A stretch of 64,000 bases of DNA from a virus (taxonomy: Duplodnaviria > Caudoviricetes), in the IMG/VR virus record IMGVR_UViG_3300031949_000016, positions 1 to 64,000 of that record; one strand, given 5' to 3'. The notes under the pieces are model-generated. The model was given only the letters and a program-made list of their open reading frames with translations. It searched no databases and had not been told where the DNA came from. Made by a program: the position numbers and the translations under genes. Of the stretch, positions 60,940 through 64,000 are shown one piece after another. The first letter of the stretch is position 1. The number at the start of each line of letters is the position of its first letter.

Positions 60940-62904
60940 ATGAACACCCTACACGCAGCAATCCAGCACCTCGCAGCAGACGACCCCGACCACGCCGCCA
61001 ACCTAAACGGCGTCGGCTTCAACAAGTTCGACAATCAATTCGGCCACGACCTCGCTGCAATCCCGGCCGAGCAGTGGACGCCACGCCAGACACGCAAGGT
61101 GTGGGCCATCCTCAAGAAATACTCCGGCCAACTATCAGCCGCCGGAATTGACTATGATGCCATCCCCGAACCCCCGCAGCCGACCGATCCCAATCCGACG
61201 AGTAAGCGCATCACCCTCAGCAAAGATAGAAAGCAGTTCATCGTCGTCTTTCCATACAACGCCGCGCTTGTCAACAGTGTCAAGTCGCTCCCCGACCGGC
61301 GCTTCGACGGCGCGAGCAAGACCTGGAAAGTTACGGCCAATGCCAGCAACATCGAACCGCTGTTCAAGTTCGCCATCGATAACGGCTTCGAGATTGTCTC
61401 CGCTGTCCTCAACCTCATGGCCGAGATGGTCGAGAAGCGCGAAGCCACCATCGTCGCCAGCCGCGCCGAGGACGCTGCGATCGAGATCGCCGGGCTGGGT
61501 GGTGAGTTGCGCCCGTTTCAGCGCGCGGGCGTGGCCTACGCGCTCAACGCCAAGCGCACATTTATCGCGGACGAGATGGGGCTAGGCAAGACAGTGCAGG
61601 CACTGGCGACCATCCATGCCGCGAATGCCTACCCCGCCATCGTCGTATGCCCGGCCTCCCTGAAGTTGAACTGGGCGCGCGAAGCAACGAAGTGGTTGCC
61701 CGGCCGCACGGTTGCAGTGTGGAACGGCAAGGCCAAACTCAATCACCCGGCCGACGTCGTAATCATAAACTACGACGTCCTCAAGAAAAACCTCGAAGCA
61801 CTGCAAGCACTCAAGCCACAAACCGTAATATTTGACGAGAGTCACTACGCCAAGAACTACAAGGCGCAGCGAACCGAAGCCGCCAAAGCACTGGCGCACG
61901 GCGTAGCCTACCGGCTGGCACTCACCGGCACTCCCATCCTCAACCGGCCGCAGGAACTCCTCAGCCAACTCGGAATCATCGGCCGGCTGGACGACCTCGG
62001 CGGCTTCTGGAACTTTGTAAATCGATACTGCGCCACACGGCAGGACCGATTCGGCTTGGATCTAAGCGGTGCCGAGCACCTTGATGAACTCAATGAGAAG
62101 TTGCGCGCGACCTGCTACGTGCGCCGCAACAAGTCCGACGTGCTCAAGGAATTGCCGGCCAAGCAGCGCAGTATCCTGCCAGTCGCGTTGAGCAACGCCG
62201 CTGAGTACAAGCGAGCCGAGCGCGACCTGATTGCGTGGTTGCGCGATCAAGCCGAGTCAGACACCATGTTTAACGCCAGCCTCGCCGGACTGTCCGAAGA
62301 CGAGCAACGCACACGCCGGAACGAACACGCCAACAGCGCCGAGCAAGCCGCTCGCCGCGCCGAGCAACTTGTGAAGATCGAAACGCTCAAGCTGTTGGCT
62401 GCAACCGGCAAGCTCGAAGCCGTGACTGACTGGGTAGAGTCCTTCATCGAGACCGGCGAGAAGCTAGTCGTCTTCGCTCACCACATCGCCATCGTGGAAG
62501 CCCTGGCCGAGAAGTTCAATGCCCCGGCGATCACCGGCAGCACCCCGATCGAGAAGCGGCAGGAGTACGTGGACCGCTTCCAAACCGAACCAACCTGCAA
62601 GATCATCGTGTTGAACATCCGCGCGGGCGGAGTAGGGCTGACGCTGACCGCAGCCAGCAACGTAGCCTTCGTTGAACTTGACTGGACACCGGCCGCCCAT
62701 GATCAGGCAGAGGATCGCTGTCACCGCATCGGCCAAACCAACGCCGTGAATGTGTGGTACTTCCTGGCCGAAGCCACCATCGACACGCAGATCCACGAAC
62801 TGATCGAGAAGAAGCGCGCAGTCGTAGACGCCGCCACCAACGGCGCAACCGAAGTGGAAGTCAGCATGATGAAGGAACTGATCAAGAACCTGATCGCTAA
62901 GTGA
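60940..62904 (+). CDS. SNF2-family (HARP/SMARCAL1-like) helicase
   Basis: LRPFQ, ADEMGLGKT, FDESH, TGTPILNRP, VVFAHH, GGVGLTLT and DQAEDRCHRIGQ; AGGAG RBS. Confidence 0.93.
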   Translation: MNTLHAAIQHLAADDPDHAANLNGVGFNKFDNQFGHDLAAIPAEQWTPRQTRKVWAILKKYSGQLSAAGIDYDAIPEPPQPTDPNPTSKRITLSKDRKQFIVVFPYNAALVNSVKSLPDRRFDGASKTWKVTANASNIEPLFKFAIDNGFEIVSAVLNLMAEMVEKREATIVASRAEDAAIEIAGLGGELRPFQRAGVAYALNAKRTFIADEMGLGKTVQALATIHAANAYPAIVVCPASLKLNWAREATKWLPGRTVAVWNGKAKLNHPADVVIINYDVLKKNLEALQALKPQTVIFDESHYAKNYKAQRTEAAKALAHGVAYRLALTGTPILNRPQELLSQLGIIGRLDDLGGFWNFVNRYCATRQDRFGLDLSGAEHLDELNEKLRATCYVRRNKSDVLKELPAKQRSILPVALSNAAEYKRAERDLIAWLRDQAESDTMFNASLAGLSEDEQRTRRNEHANSAEQAARRAEQLVKIETLKLLAATGKLEAVTDWVESFIETGEKLVVFAHHIAIVEALAEKFNAPAITGSTPIEKRQEYVDRFQTEPTCKIIVLNIRAGGVGLTLTAASNVAFVELDWTPAAHDQAEDRCHRIGQTNAVNVWYFLAEATIDTQIHELIEKKRAVVDAATNGATEVEVSMMKELIKNLIAK

Positions 62905-63054
62905 ATCGGCAGGCCCGTCATGGGGATGACGGGCCATGCTCCCCTAATCCGCAGCGTCCGCGCGAAAGCGCACGCGGGGAGCGGGCAACGCTCACAAGTG
63001 TGAGCGGCTAAAGCGAGTATCGAGGCAAGTGCCTCAAAGAAAGAGAGTAACACC

Positions 63055-64000
63055 ATGACCACCATGCAGTTGAATTACCGACCGTCCGACACACTGCGCA
63101 AGGATGTCTTCGCGCAGACCGGCCAGCAGATGTCTGCTTCCCGCTGGATCCAATCAGATTCGTACATCGAAGTGGACCCCGAAACGCTGACCGTCGAGCA
63201 GCGCACCCGCATCGCCGTGTTCGGCATCGGTCAGTACGTGGACATGCCGAAGGCATTCAGCAATGTCACGCACGGCTACAGTAGCGCGAACCGCGACGAG
63301 AAAGACGTCGTCTTCGACAACGAGCCGACCGTCGATCAATGGCTGTCCGCCGCCGAGGTTGCCCGCGCCACCCGCCTCGCCGCCGACGCCGAGATGAAGA
63401 TCATCAACGACGCGATCGAGGCGGAGAAGTTTGCCAAGGATCGCGCCAATGCCGAAGAGAAATTCGCCAACCTGCGCTGGCGCATGATGGCCGGGCTGTC
63501 AGCGCACGAGGGCTACGGCGACATCGGCGCGTCGGACTTCCGCAGCATCCAGGACGCCGGCTTGGACATCGGCGCACTAAATGATCTGCTGCCGCAGTAC
63601 GCTGCCATGCGCGAAGAGATGAAGGCGCAAGAGGAATCCGCCAAAGCCGAGGCTGATGCCAAGCGCACCGCCGACCGGCTGGCCTGGGCGAAGGAACACG
63701 GCAGCGACCGCCTACGCCGTGGACTGGAAGCCGGCTACGACTGCGGCCGCCAGTTCCAGATCGAGCACGCCGCGCTCAACTACCCCGGCTTCGTGCTCGA
63801 CGCCGAAGACAACGCTACATGGCAAGATCGCGTGGGGCCGACCATCGCTGAACTGGACGTGGTCGACGCCGTGAAAGCCGCGCACCCCGACGCCACGACG
63901 ATCAAGCTCGTGTGGCTGACGGACTACCCGCTCGAACACAAGCGGAACGAAGAGGACTTCAACTGGGAGAAGTCCACCGCCATCGTCGTGGACGAGCCGA
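63055..64000 (+). CDS. hypothetical protein, runs off the window end
   Basis: My translation from ATG 63055 (MTTMQLNYRPSD...) stays open to 64000, with host-like codon usage. Confidence 0.7.
   Translation, partial: MTTMQLNYRPSDTLRKDVFAQTGQQMSASRWIQSDSYIEVDPETLTVEQRTRIAVFGIGQYVDMPKAFSNVTHGYSSANRDEKDVVFDNEPTVDQWLSAAEVARATRLAADAEMKIINDAIEAEKFAKDRANAEEKFANLRWRMMAGLSAHEGYGDIGASDFRSIQDAGLDIGALNDLLPQYAAMREEMKAQEESAKAEADAKRTADRLAWAKEHGSDRLRRGLEAGYDCGRQFQIEHAALNYPGFVLDAEDNATWQDRVGPTIAELDVVDAVKAAHPDATTIKLVWLTDYPLEHKRNEEDFNWEKSTAIVVDEP

Noticed and set aside
1-64000. tRNA, tmRNA or rRNA genes
   Set aside because: No cloverleaf with T-loop/D-loop consensus or rRNA-like sequence was recognised in the intergenic gaps. 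A tRNAscan/Aragorn run would be the definitive check.

Overview
The window is a contiguous piece of a GC-rich tailed-phage (Caudoviricetes, podovirus-like) genome. I saw no integrase, att site, terminase, tRNA or CRISPR array. The host is probably a Chloroflexota or similar GC-rich bacterium; this is inference from the repeat families and a Tat-signal hydrolase. A long minus-strand late region runs portal -> internal virion proteins -> a ~6,980-aa polyvalent protein (zincin, ParB-like, GGDEF, N6-MTase + SNF2 'DarB-like', ddrB-ParB, LPD38-like) -> a sugar synthesis/glycosyltransferase cluster -> an Acb2/Tad1-family sponge -> scaffold, HK97-fold capsid, cement, neck/nozzle, FN3 tail fibre -> Tat-exported hydrolase and C39 peptidase. 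Early/accessory plus-strand genes sit at both ends (DHH phosphoesterase, SNF2 helicase), and an FtsK/membrane module sits upstream of the portal. The standout is a plus-strand cassette at 49781-51122 inserted against the late operon: perfect sigma70 promoter -> leaderless Arc-like repressor -> stand-alone Cas7/RAMP-like protein -> (RGC-NN)x11 array -> 102-aa ORF -> (RGC-NN)x13 array -> hairpin. This matches, as I recall it, the VIPR-type RNA-guided architecture (RAMP protein plus GGY-NN repeat guides), with no CRISPR array present. Other notable signals are a conserved leader-hairpin RNA motif in front of four late genes, CAAGTG-loop hairpin pairs in early leaders, an alternate-frame gene nested in the giant ORF, several palindromic repeat families inserted in-frame in proteins, and an iteron/palindrome origin candidate. 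All protein calls are motif recognition by eye, not database searches.
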